The notes under the pieces: model-generated
The model's database searches: none
What the model saw: only the letters and a program-made list of their open reading frames with translations
What the model was told of the DNA's origin: nothing
Shown: in pieces, positions 51,832 through 64,000 of the stretch
How the letters are laid out: each line of letters starts with the position of its first letter
Numbering within the stretch: position 1 is the stretch's first letter
Program-made: the position numbers and the translations under genes
Source: Lytechinus pictus
Taxonomy: Eukaryota
Reading direction: 5' to 3'
Length of the DNA stretch: 64,000 nucleotides
NCBI RefSeq assembly: GCF_037042905.1
Contig: NC_087245.1
Coordinates: 41,604,001-41,668,000, forward strand

Positions 51832-54800
51832 TTCCTTAAATAGAGCCCCTGTGAGATTTTGCTCCTGGACTATAATTAATGTTGCAGAGATGGATGGATG
51901 GGGAGGGTTAACTTGAATGGTATTGATTTTTTTATTAGAATATGTTGATATGCGAGAGAGGATGGGAGGGAGAAAGAGAGAGAAAGAGAGGAGGACGAGG
52001 GGATGGAGAGAGAGGGAAATTAAAGAGGGAGATATTCAAGGAGGGAGGGAGTGAGAGAGGGACACTGGCGTACAGATGGGGCCGGGTGGCCTCAGCTAGG
52101 GCCATGGACCCCCAAAGTATTTTCACGACCAAAAAAAAAAATCAAATTTTCGCGAATTCATTACGCTTCTTTAGAAGGATGGGGGAGATGGAGAGATTGA
52201 ATTGGGGGAAATGCTTGCTATTTTTATATAAATCCACTTTGGTATAATTTACTCTTTGCTGTACTTTATTTTATCATCAGTTGTCAAGCTTTCAAGAATT
52301 GTTTAAATTTGCATGACCTATTTACACCTTTTATCTTTCCAATTATTCCCCTCCCCTCGTTTTTATTAATTTCCCCCTTTTCTCTATTCTTTACATTTTC
52401 CCCCTTTTCTCCTTATTTATTTATTTTTATTACATTTTTATGCCTCCTTTCAAAGGGGGGGGGGGGGTGAATAGGGGGACCACCCCCCCCCCCTTTCCCC
52501 GCGACCCACTGCAATACCAAATGGTCCAGCAGTTTACACATCATGATCTGTTTTTTTTATTTTGGTGAAGTATTCCCCCCTTTTTTCCATTTATTCTGCT
52601 TCTATAATTCAATTAATAAAAACGAAATCAGAAAGAGGGACCATTCAATCTTGAGCGCTCGAGCGCATCAGCGCCAGCTAACCCAGTGTTTCCACTCTTC
52701 CCGAAATTCGGGAAATTTCAGGAAATTTTGACTTTTTCCAGGAAAGGTTCGGGAAATGAAAAAATTCCAGGAAATTTCGGGAAATCCGAAAATTACAATC
52801 AAACAACAATTAAACATAGCAACTATTAATATTCATGTTATATTTACGTAATTTTTTTACCTCCATACGTAGCTCAAAATTTTCCGCTCGCGCTCCGCGC
52901 TCGCATTCTGTAATGTCGTTCCCATTTTTAAAGAGGGCGTGAACACAAAAAAATCTAAATTCCATGATTTTGGCCACCTGGACCAAATTTACACTCGCTG
53001 TATTATTGCCCGATTTTTGTTTAAAATCAGAGTTGAAAATTTCAGGAAATATTTATGAATTTCAGGAAATTTGGGATTCAGTTTCGGGAAATTTATTTTG
53101 GAGCTGTGGAAACACTGAGCTAACCGCCACCGTTATACTAGATACACAAACCAGAATAGCGGCAAATTTAACGGGAATCATGCAACAAATTTCGTCTCGA
53201 TTTCGAAGATAAATTTAGGATGAAAATTCTCCTTGCATGGATGTACATTATTTCAAGGTACGTAGAACCGAATCCATCGAACTTTTACTTTATCACGGAA
53301 TCTGGAATTCTCTGGATCGAGTACCGGTAGATCTAACGCAGTCTATTAAAAAAAATATAAACGCTTAACATTTCCCCATTTGTTTGCATTGTCCCATATA
53401 TTGGTCTTTATGTTGGCAAATGGAAGGTAGAATGAACGTAGCACTGACTCGATCACTCACACTATTGCGAGGTTTGTATATTCTATACGAACCTCGCACA
53501 ACCATCGTGTTTTTGTAGTGGATTTTAGAGTTGTCGTTAACATCGCTTCATAACGTGAATGATGTTAGCCGAAACCCATTCCGCTACCCACCAGAGCTTT
53601 TTTATTATAAATTTATGGTATAAAGCAAGCGTTCCATTTTCAATTTTTAACATATTTTTTTAATTTAAAAGGACACAAAAAAGAGCAAAATCGCTTACCT
53701 CCGCCTGGAAAGTGGCTTCGCACGTCTCTTCCAAGGAAATAAAAAGGAGGTCGTTGGTGGCGCTAATATAATAATACAGTTCACAACCTTAATTCAGCTT
53801 GGTGGTTTTTTTTAAACTAGAATCTAGATTCATGATTCATATATTAGTAGGCCTACATGTATGCCTGTATGCGCAATTCCAATAATTGTTTGATAAAATA
53901 GAGACCCCAATAAATCAATGCAATAACTTAAAAAACCTACTTTTTTATTATTTTTGCTGACGATAATACTTTTTGGAAAATATTCAAAACGATGACAAAT
54001 TAAACAAAATAGGCCTAGGCCTATATAGAAAATTCTATGTACCTTGAACAAAGCCCCGCAAGTGCTATCGTTCGTTTGTCAATTAACGTTCCACCAAAGT
54101 CTTTACAGTAAAAAGATTGAACACTTTGCCGACTTTGCGTAACGCTTTGCATCGATTTATGTGTAAGATAATTTTTGTGTCTAGTCTTACCCTTGTAGTG
54201 TCTTTGATATGAAGATAAATCGCGCGCCCTCTTTTGCTCATTAGACGAAAAATTTGAGAGTTAGAAAGGTGACTTTCGTATTTTGTCAACGAGAAGAAAA
54301 ATCAACGCTTAAATGACGCATTTTGAGGGATATTCATCAAATTATGAGGAATTGACTTCACATCGTTTGGTAAGTTTCGTAGGAGGACTTCATTCTGTAA
54401 GTCCTCGTATTCATTTTTCGGAAAATAACGTTATTTGTTGAATGCGCCGTGCCTTCAATTATTCTGTAGTCGGCGGCAGAGATGTAGCCATGGGTGTGAC
54501 TCGATCATCCAAGAACTTGAAGAAGACGACGCCGTCGACATGGCCGAGGCTAGCCTACCCTGGAGGCGTCTGGGGAGTAAAAGTCATCTACTCTATGTAG
54601 GCTTACTCCCCACTGACGCCTGGGACACCAAGGTATATTCACGCACGTACGGCCACAAAACCTGAAACTTTCGCCCCCGAGATTTCTACTTTCCCTCTAA
54701 AACTAAAAAGATCTAGCCCTAAAACATGTACATGGGGTTCAACTTCATTTCCAACATTTCTGCGATATCGATTTCGTTTTTAAAGAAGAATTCAATAAGA

Positions 54801-55920
54801 AAACGAGAAAAATGTTATGAAAAGATGGGAAGAGCTTACGGCCGTGTTTACGTCGCCATCTTGATGGCGAAGTAAATACGGACGTAAGCTCTGTCTGCCT
54901 AGTATTACATCATGGACGAGTTCTGGGCTTCAGCCCGCTTTGCGGGCTGGAGCTCCCCGGGTTAGTGCAACACCAGTTCCGAAATCACGCGACATTTTGT
55001 AAATTATGCATGTCAGGCTCAATAACATAACTCCGTATACAAAGTCAATGCAAATTATGTTTTCAACCAAAAATATAAATGTATGATTATTTTTGCTTTT
55101 GTTGGTTTAAATTGATCTTACATGTATATTTTTTATGATCGCAAAAGGGTCCCGACAAGGTTCATCGAAAAAAACAATAAAAAACAAAGGTTCAAAATGC
55201 AAAAAATACAACAGAATTAAAAAAACCCCAATAAAATGCATAGGAAATTAACTATGGTTTAGTAATTTTTTTTGGTAGATATTTATTAGAAATGTAAAAT
55301 TGATATTTTCACCAAAAATTAGCATTCTACAAGCTAAAATTGAGTTAAAGGCAAAAACATACACAAAAGACTACCAGGGCTTATTTGAATAATTGAAAAA
55401 TCTATTAATTTTTTTGAAAATTTTAATAAGTCTTGTAGTTTACATCTGGCTCTAGGAGCGTGCAAATGTTTGCGCCGATTGCGCAATCAGCGGCCAAGAT
55501 CTGAAGGGGAGGGTCAAATTGACGCCCGTCCCGTATATCATGGTCTGAAATATGGGCAGTTAAACTAGGGTACAAAGGTAAATGAATGCTGTGAGATTGC
55601 ATTGGACAGGGAAAGATGGAAAACCATGACATCCAACATCTTTAAAGAGAAGGATCAGCAGTAAGTTAAGCTAAATTAAGGTTAAATTTGCACAGAAATG
55701 CAAACAGTATCTGCCATTCTCTCATTTTGCCAATGCAGTAGTGATACGATTTTTGTATGTCTTGAAAATGAGCTTGGCATGAACCAGGAATTCCATTTCA
55801 AGGGGTAAAAACAGTGCAGTGAGTGTAGATATAGGATTAATTTTTGTTTAAATCTTCTAAACAAGACATTGTGATTTTATTGTTCCCATAGGAAGCTCTG
55901 ATATGGAATTTTGAGTCAGC

Positions 55921-56020
55921 ATGACAAGTGATGACATTCACCCGTCTAAATCATTTTCGACTAAGAAGATCAAGGCACTTTTGAAGCGTATGACAGAATA
56001 TCAAGTTGCACAACAAGAGT
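55921..56020 (+). CDS. RBBP8: Probable CtIP/RBBP8, first coding exon
   Basis: catAG acceptor at 55890-55891; MTSDDIHPSKSFSTKKIKALLKRMTEYQVAQQE+T|GTAAG; helical N-terminus. Confidence 0.55.
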
Positions 56021-56389
56021 GTAAGAGTAATTTGAAATTGTTTGGACATCTGTATTAATGTAATTCTTTCTTCTTAATTCATTGCATTTCTTGGTTATGA
56101 TTCACATAAAAAGGATAATTTGAATCTCTTTAGAAGGAAGTTTATTGTCATTTGGCTGTAGCCCCCCCCCCCCCCCCCGTTCTAAAAATATTTAGAGCAG
56201 CTCGGAAAAGCTAATTTTTCAAGTTTTGACATGAATTTCTACCTTTTTTTGCCCAGAAAGTGTTCTCTATAGGACACTGTATTCAGACAATATGAGTTTG
56301 CAGAATTTCCAAGTTTTCAGTTATACCTAATGCTTAGTCTCCATGTCTGATGCCATGCTAACTTTTCTTTCTATTTTTTTTCCATGCAG

Positions 56390-56462
56390 TGTTTGAAGAA
56401 GTAAAGAAAGAGGCTAGTAGTCTCATAGAATCTAATGAAAAACTGAGATCAACGGCAAACGA
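56390..56462 (+). CDS. RBBP8: Probable CtIP/RBBP8, coiled-coil exon
   Basis: gcAG|(L)FEEVKKEASSLIESNEKLRSTAN+GA|GTGAGT; phase 1 to 2. Confidence 0.6.
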
Positions 56463-56821
56463 GTGAGTACCAGTATATACTTTCTTTGTAAACTTTTTAT
56501 AGAGCATGTACTGTTGCTTTACACATTGTTGTTTTGGGCAGTAAAATGTTTTTTTGAAAAATGATATAAAAAACATGATATCACTTTATAAAATCATATT
56601 AATTTAATAAAGAGACAATGTTGCTTACCCCCTGAATGATTTGGGCAATGTTATCTGTTTTTCGTAATTGAAAGTTTTTCTTCTTATAAAGTGACAAAAT
56701 AGGGGTTATCAAATATTACTTATCATCTTGTACGAGTTACAGGTCTTATGATCAAGGTCAAAGGTCATTTATGGTCGATAAACTTTGATCAGGTTGTGGT
56801 ATCAACACTGAAATCTTCACC

Positions 56822-59178
56822 TTCTTCTTTGTTGTTCTTCCCCCGGTATTCGAGGATCAGCAGCTATCCGCAGGTTGGTTGTTGTGTTGTAGTAATTTCT
56901 CTAAGCGAATATGATGAATTTTAAGAATGTATATGATGCAGTGGGTCATAACATTGGCAGCAAGAGTGTCAGATAGGTGCAAGGAGGGTAATAAGATATT
57001 AGTGGCAAGGATGAGGGGATGAGCAGAGGTGAAAGCTTGGCTAACTGAAGCAGGGAGGCTAATAGAGATAGGACATGTTGAATGAGAACAGACCGTTGTG
57101 ATTTGAGGGCTGGGCAGGAAGCAAGGAAGTGGGTGGAGCTTTCTTCCTCCGTTGAGCAAAGTCTACCGGTAGCGCTGGGAGACTTGCCTATGGTCTTCAG
57201 TCTTTGTTGTGTTGGGTAGGTGCTTGTCAGAAGTTGGGAGCAAAGTCTTGCAGCAATACGGAGGTGTGAAGGTAGTGCAGGGGGGAATAGACTGCTAGGG
57301 CTTGGAAACGTTGAACATTGCTTCCAGAAGGCAAGAGGGTGCTTCTCCTGAATGGCATCAACTAGGCCAGTATTGTGCTTCTTGAAGATTGCCTGGTGGC
57401 ACAGTCTTTTCCAGGTGAGGTAGTTGATGCTCAGGGGGCCAGACAGGATGGCAGGCAAGCTGTATTTGGCAATTAGCTGCTTCCAGTAGGAGATGAAAGG
57501 GACATCAGCAGCGAGAGCATTTAGAAGTATCCTGTGCTCAAACCTATCGCTTGGTAGAGTAACCAGTTGCCCGAGAGTCATCAAGGTGTTAAGGTCGACC
57601 TGCATAGAGAGAGGGATAATTCCGGTAAGGAGAAAAACTGCCTCGTTTGCTGTGCTTCTGGGGAGCCCTAGGAACTTTTTGAAGAGTAGAGCCTGTGCTG
57701 AGTCTAGCTTATCCCTAGACCTCTTGGAAACTCTAATGGTAGTAATGCCATATAGCATCCTAGGAATGCAGTAGGTGGTCCATAACTTGGCAATGGTTGG
57801 AGGCCAGAAGTTGTTTATTGAAGTCGAACCACCTAGCAAAGCAAATATGGAGTTATATCTCTTGGCAATGATGTTCGGCATGGGATCTTGAGAAGTTGAA
57901 GTCTTGGTGACACCAAGATGGGGATGCTGACTGACTTCTTGAACTTCCTCTTCATTCAGGTACCAAGTGTGCTTGGTGTGGTCTTGCCCATTAAAGACGA
58001 GGATTGCACTTTTTGATGGGTTGATCTTGTACTTCCATGTGGTTGCATAAGTATGGGTGAGATTCAGCATGGATTGAAGTTCTTTGGCAGAGGAAGCTAT
58101 GAGGGCCACATCATCGGCTAGAACAATTACCCCAGCATACAAGTTTTGGCAGTGACATCCAAGATCTTCATCTCTTAGCAACTTTATCAAGCCATCAATA
58201 AAGATGTTGTAGAGAAGAGGGGAGAGGATTCCACCCTTTCTCACACCCTTCTGAAGAGGAATTGAGCAGCTGGCATCCCCTTTCCATAATACTCTGCTGG
58301 ATGCACCATTGTACATTTCCACCAATTAGAGCTTCGAGTGGTATAGGAGTGTCAGCTAGCTTTTGAAAGAGGCCAGGGTGCCAGACACAATCAAAAGGTT
58401 TAGCAGCATCCAAGAGGGCAAGATATGTTGGCTTCTTCCGAGATGTATTCAGCTCAATAAGCATCTCAAGGGTCATTGAGGCGAGAATACAGGACTTTGA
58501 GGCTTGGAATCCAAATTTAAGTTCGTCAGGTGTGTTGACTTCAACCAAAGAGTCCTCAATCTTAGGTTTTAGGGCAATTTCCAAGAGTTTTGACAGAGTT
58601 GGGGTCAGGGATATGCCTCTGTAGCTAGAGGGTTCACTGACCGGTTTGCTCCCTCCTCTGTGCAGTGGGATAATCTCTGCTTCCTTCAATGACGCAGTAA
58701 GATGTGCCAGTTTGATGGAGTTTTGAAGGAGAAGGAGAAGAAGGCGACGGTAAGTTGGACCTGAATGAACCAGATGCTCAGAAGTTATGTTGTCGAGGCC
58801 TGGGGCTTTGTGAAGCTTGAGTTTCCTAATGGCTGTGTCAAGATCATGCGAGGTGAGAGTAAGCAAGACTTCTTCTGTGCCTTGTGATTGGAGGGCAGGT
58901 TAGGGGAGTGCTCAGTCATGTGTTTGGCTGGGGTGGCCGGAGCCTCTCCTTCACAGTTGGTTGCAGTAGGATCTGAAGAGATCTTGGAAATAAGATTTCC
59001 AGCCCTTGCTAACATCCTAACCCTGGAACAGGGTCTCCTTGTATACCAAGAATGGGAGGTCCACTGTTGAGGATATGCCAGCTTTGTTTGATTTTACCAG
59101 GCTGTAGAACAAGGGGCTGTTCATGTCATTTGCCGACTCTATCTTTCCTTGCACTTTGAGTCTGTTGGAGGCTTCAGA
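56822..59178 (-). mobile_element. 5'-truncated non-LTR retrotransposon with RT and C-terminal CCHC-like motif, inserted into a HINE-like repeat
   Basis: KAPGLDNITSEHL, YRGISLT, LDAAKPFD, KGGILSPLLYN, LADDVAL, HLGV, RLC...E...HFLASC. GAA-rich 3' tail. TCACC duplicated at 56817-56821 and 59179-59183, and rejoining restores the host repeat seen at 41281-41310. Confidence 0.9.
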
Positions 59179-59741
59179 TCACCAAGGTTAAGTTTTTGAA
59201 TTGTCATCATAACTTTAAAAAGCAAATGGATCTGTTTCATGAAACTTGGCCAAAAGGGTAATGAGTTATCACTGATCATCTTACATGATATTAAGGTCAC
59301 ATGATCAGGGTCAAAGGTCATTTTAGATTAGCGAACTTGTTATTTCATTATCAAATGTAAACATTAAAAAAAAAAAACATTCATCACAGTTTTCAAAGTC
59401 AGCACTGCTGCTACATGTACATCAAATTGCGTAATACAGGTGAGAATGCCAGAGGTTTACCACATGTTGCAATTCCTTTTAAATCTGCTTCCCTGGAGCC
59501 GGAGCAGTGTTTAAGAAGGTCAATATTCTGTGGATCACATCATCAGGCCAATTTTTTTTCCTTTGGATATGATGGTAAGGGAGAAATGTCATGAAGCCAG
59601 TTCTTCAAGTTTAACTTTATAATCGGATCACTGAATTGACATTAAAAGCCTGAAGCTATTGTGCTTGGTACATATTACATTTAGTTGAAATGTTGTAACG
59701 TTTTACATTATCTTGTTCATTCTTTGCCCTTCTCTCTCCAG

Positions 59742-59840
59742 GAATGCAAGACTGGTCACTCATACTCAAAATCGTTGCAGAGAATTTAAGCACGAGAACC
59801 AAGCTTTAAAACACGAGTTAGCTGTCATCAAGACCTACAG
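59742..59840 (+). CDS. RBBP8: Probable CtIP/RBBP8, coiled-coil exon
   Basis: ctccAG|(E)NARLVTHTQNRCREFKHENQALKHELAVIKTY+AG|GTAACT; phase 2-2. Confidence 0.6.
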
Positions 59841-60326
59841 GTAACTTATTCTACAGAAAAAGTAATAATAATAATGACTGTATGAAGCTAAAATGTACAA
59901 AACTACAGTGAATCTGCCAGAGGCAATTCTCTTGGGATTACAGAAATTTGTTTGACTTAGAAGAGGTGATCTAGTATAAAAAGTTGTTCACTAGGGGCTG
60001 TATGAAACTGAAATGTATGAAATACAGTGAATCTGTCGCAGGTGATTCTCTTCTGATTCTACTTTTGCAGACTGACTCAAATGGAGAACACAGCATGCAA
60101 GTCTTGGGTGTACATGTAGAGACGTGTTACTTCATGGTTCCGGGGGGGGGGGGGGGGTAATAATAGACTTAACTATAGGTGTGTGTGATGCATGTTATGA
60201 GTTTATAATTTCCTCCATGGCATCGAATAACGATAATGCACTTGCAAATCTTTGCCCTGAGAATGATTATGCTCTGAATTATTTTAACAATACTTTATAT
60301 ATGTTGGAAAAAAATATCTCTTTTAA

Positions 60327-61083
60327 CCCTAAAAAGACTGGGGGGGGGGGCTGATTCAGCCCCCCCCTCGACATTTTTCGCGATAAATCTGCAACGCGAA
60401 AAGCTGGCGCCGCGCCGTTCCATGACTTTTTTCTTTCAAGTCTTGCGCAACTTTTGAGACCAAATTTGCGACGCCCGGGTACGTGGTTCCGAAATTATGC
60501 AACATTTTGTAAGTGCATGTCGACCCGAAATTGCTCAAAAACGTGAATTTGTGTACAAATCCAATGCAACTTGTGTTTTTAGCCAAAATTCATAAATGTA
60601 TCATTATTTTCAATTTTACTAATCAAAATCAATTAATTTCATCTTGTTTATGGTCAAAATAATGTAGCGGACAATTTCCATGGAAAAAACAATAAAAAAC
60701 AAAAAGTCGAAAAACAAAGAAATACATAAGAAATTTTAAAAACAATAAAATAAATAAGAAAAGAATTGTGATATTGAATTTTTTTTAAAGTACATTTGAT
60801 CAGAATCCCTCAAAGAGTCTGTGAATAAAAAATTAGCAGTTTAGAGGCCTTATTTAGTTAATTAGAGTAAATCTTTGATTTTACGCATAAATTAGCATAA
60901 TTAATGAATTATGAGATTTTTCGGAAAATTTGATCCTACAGTCTTGGAGATTATGCCATGGGTAATGCATTTGCCAATTTTCGTCGCGATCGCGCAGTCG
61001 ACGGCCGAGATCATAGGGGGGGGGCTGAATCAGCCCCCCCCCCCAGTCTTCTTAGGCATCAAAATAGCCCAGTCTATTTAGGG
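60327..61083. mobile_element. piggyBac-like MITE
   Basis: TTAA|CCCTAAAAAGACTGGG...CCCAGTCTATTTAGGG|TTAA with subterminal GGGGGCTGA[AT]TCAGCCCCC palindromes. A related partial copy lies at ~54965-55545. Confidence 0.85.
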
Positions 61084-61154
61084 TTAAATGGTCGTCTAAA
61101 CCCTAACAAATGACCAGAATAAGTCATTAATATCCATGAATACTCTTCCTTTAG

Positions 61155-61216
61155 GCAACATGAGACACAGAGTGCTGAATCTGATGATGCAAGCACCAGA
61201 CTTAAGAGAAAGGAAG
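61155..61216 (+). CDS. RBBP8: Probable CtIP/RBBP8, small exon
   Basis: ctttAG|G+QHETQSAESDDASTRLKRKE+G|GTATG; phase 2 to 1. Confidence 0.55.
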
Positions 61217-62312
61217 GTATGCTGTCACAAAGTGGGTTTTGGATCTGTTGTGTAATTAAAACCATATGTAGATTGTATTTGGTACATTTATTGAGAGAGG
61301 GTCCATAAGCAAATTCCCGCTTATGTCACTGGAACAAATTAAAATTCCTTCTTGATGTAGAGCAGAGATGTCAGGATTCTAGCTTTTGCCTGATTTCAGG
61401 CCCTGGCAGCTTCCCATTTCAGGATTGATCAGGCTTTATACTGTATGTGACCAACTGCCCAAAAAGCAATAATTCAGACTTTTCGCATCCACTTGGAGGC
61501 ACTCTCTACAAGGAGTACAATGCAGCAATTCCTTTGAAAATGCAAGTCAAATTACAATGGATAGCTGAGAGGCTTTTGTCGAAAGTTGGTGGAGCGGACA
61601 GCATCGTAATCTCTTACTTTGGACAGCGACGTATTTGCAATTGTTCGTCCAGTGCAAATCTTCGGATGATCTGCTGTCCCAGTCCACTAACTTTCGACAA
61701 AAGCCTCTCTCAGCTCTCCATTGTGAGTTTAATTGCATTTTCAAAGGAATTTATGTTTTGTAGAGTGTGTCTCCGTAGTAAATGTGAAAACTCTCTATTT
61801 CGACGCCGGGGAAGACTCTGTAAATTGCCATAAATAGTAATTTGGTGTTCAGAAAGTAAAACTGAGAAAATAACCTTATTTCAAAGAATAATTCTTCCTA
61901 CTGTCAAAATTTGAAGTTTGAAATTTAAGTAAAAATGGAGTTACAAGAGTTTTATCTGACACCATTTTAGTACGGACTACTTGGTAATTTCATTGAGATT
62001 TTCACTGTATGCACTTCTCAAGCATGAGTAAACCCAGGCTTGACCTTGTTTTCTCCTTATTCTCTGGAGCTCTCACCAAATTTCTTCTACATTCAATCGA
62101 GTAGATGTGTGGGCTATCGGTTATCAATTTTGAGTTTTATATCATTATAACCAAAAAAAATTACGATTATTAATTCATCAAATGAAAAATCTTATATAAA
62201 GAAAATTAACCATACAGCCTTGTGATGTATGATTATGATGCGTCAACTCCATGCAAGACGGGACCTTTGTTTGTACACATTACATCTTGTATTCCGATCT
62301 CTTCCCTTACAG

Positions 62313-64000
62313 ATGTTTCCATTGGTGATCAACAACCTGAGAAAGTAGAGAGAAAGGGCCTTAAACTGTCCACCAACAAACAAAAGAAGAAGGTTCGTTA
62401 CCAGAAGCTTCCTGATGAGGAGAAGAAGAGTCCAGTTCTACTTATTACAGGTGGGAGAATGAACCAAGACCCCGAAGCAGACCATCCAATACTTGAAGAG
62501 GAGGAGAGAGGAAGGTGTCCTCAAACTGCCAATCGTCAACCATCAAAAGGGGACTCGCCACCTGATCGATGGATTGGTAGTGTCTTTGTTGCAGAAACAG
62601 TCCCACTTGACGTAGAAAGTGACAGTGATGATGGTGAGGATACAGAGGAAGGGAATGGAGTCCTCAAGAAGGGTCAATGCAGGGAAGTTGGTGAAGGTGG
62701 CGGAGGGTACAGGATGTCCAGGAATCTCCGAAAGCACCGTAGACACAGATATGCCATAGACCAACATGTGGTTATCCCTGAGACAGTACCAATGGACTGT
62801 GTCTCATACTCTCCTTCTGGCGATTCTCTGCCTGAAGACGTGCTGATGGGTGATGGAAGGGAACATCTCTTACCGCTTGAACAATCCACACCCATGCTTC
62901 CAACTCTGCCAAGTGATTCCTCAAGGAGAAGAGCAATCAACTCAAGGAGTTCAGCATCTCCTGTTTGTTGGGATGGGAAGAGCAGTAAGAAAAGCAAGAT
63001 TCCACCAACAGAGTCGCAGCTTTCTGTTGACTTTTCCACCACACAGATGTCCCCAACTTTTGATGGAAGCAGGTCTACTCCTGATAAGAAGGAAAGTGAT
63101 GTCCATTCCAGATCAAAGCAACAGTTTCATCCAAAGAAAACGGTTGCAAGCAACAAAATTTCAATAGGTAACATTCCCATGACTCCAGAAAACTTTCATT
63201 CCAATGGCAAAGTGAAAACATCCGGGGCAAAAACTCCTGGTTTGGCTACCCCAGAGGATGCCGATCATGCAAAAAGTAGCCATATAGTTACCCCAGACTA
63301 TGATGAAAGTGGACAATCAGAGGCCTCCTTTCTGATTCTGCAACAGCCTCCGAGTTTGCGGGGATCATCACAAGTAAGATCATCAGGAGGGCTACTAATA
63401 GAGGATGTTGTTCAGCCTATAATTCAGAGGAAATCTCCCACAGATAGTGACGCTGAACAGAGGAAAAAAAGAAAACTGTCTGATGAATGCATGAATGAAA
63501 TAGCAAGCAAGAAGACAAAGACAATAAGACTAGATCTTCCTTCTGGTAGTAGTAAGAGAGACGAATATAAGTTCAGCAATAGAGGTGGAAGAGAGGAAAA
63601 ATGCAGTGCCAAGTCAGAAAGTTCAGAACCTTCGGAAAAGTGGTCTAGCGCAGAAGCCCCTGTGCGTAAATCACATCACTCTGAAGAGACAAGGTCATCT
63701 CAGGTAACCAGAGATCATTCCATTTCATTGAAACAGACAACGTTGACAAAGGACTCATTCAAAGCAGTTATCACTGAAGACGGTCAGAGACTCAAGAAAC
63801 TCAACGGTGGGGCGCGTGTGTATGTTGATTCTCAGAATGATCCCTATATGCAACAAGCGATTCAGGAATCTATCGAAGTCCAGAAAGAACTCAACCACAC
63901 TGAGAGTACAGGGAGTTTTGATTTCAAGGTGCCAAAACCGCCAAAGGCACAGGAGTGTGATCATAATTTAAAAGGAACCTCTTCTGGGGCTTCTAGTAGG
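62313..64000 (+). CDS. RBBP8: Probable CtIP/RBBP8, large disordered exon (open to window end; absent from ORF track)
   Basis: cttacAG acceptor, then a stop-free frame of >560 codons, S/T-P rich. Contains KVRY, VFVAET, VVIPET, LKQTTL and FKVP motifs in the order I recall for vertebrate CtIP (HVRY, LVADT, VVAET, KQVTL, FKIP). Coding status is secure; identity is moderate because the C-terminal Sae2-like domain is outside the window. Confidence 0.65.

Noticed and set aside
61447..61833. 128-aa ORF as a possible exon of the CtIP-like gene
   Set aside because: No fitting splice sites or phase; contains an internal inverted repeat (61563-61714) suggesting a transposon relic.

Overview
Eukaryotic, AT-rich, intron- and repeat-rich animal DNA. 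The repeat families and gene content suggest an echinoderm, probably a sea urchin (inference). Four spliced genes can be assembled by hand with phase-consistent GT-AG exons. (1) The 5' part of an ABHD1/ABHD3-like alpha/beta hydrolase on the minus strand, running off the left edge. (2) A 10-coding-exon, ~861-aa LRR-like/ZU5/UPA/death-domain gene (16283-29914) carrying the HFSW motif used for autoproteolysis in PIDD1/UNC5CL. (3) A complete 4-exon acireductone dioxygenase ADI1 (33678-45780, 183 aa). (4) The 5' part of a probable CtIP/RBBP8 gene running off the right edge. The rest is decayed non-LTR retrotransposons, a Penelope-like fragment, three minimal hammerhead-ribozyme motifs, many non-autonomous DNA transposons with readable target-site duplications (several nested), a 2.2-kb foldback element built from an 18-bp palindrome, and microsatellites. 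There is no CRISPR array, rRNA or recognisable tRNA. All protein identities come from motif recognition, not database searches.
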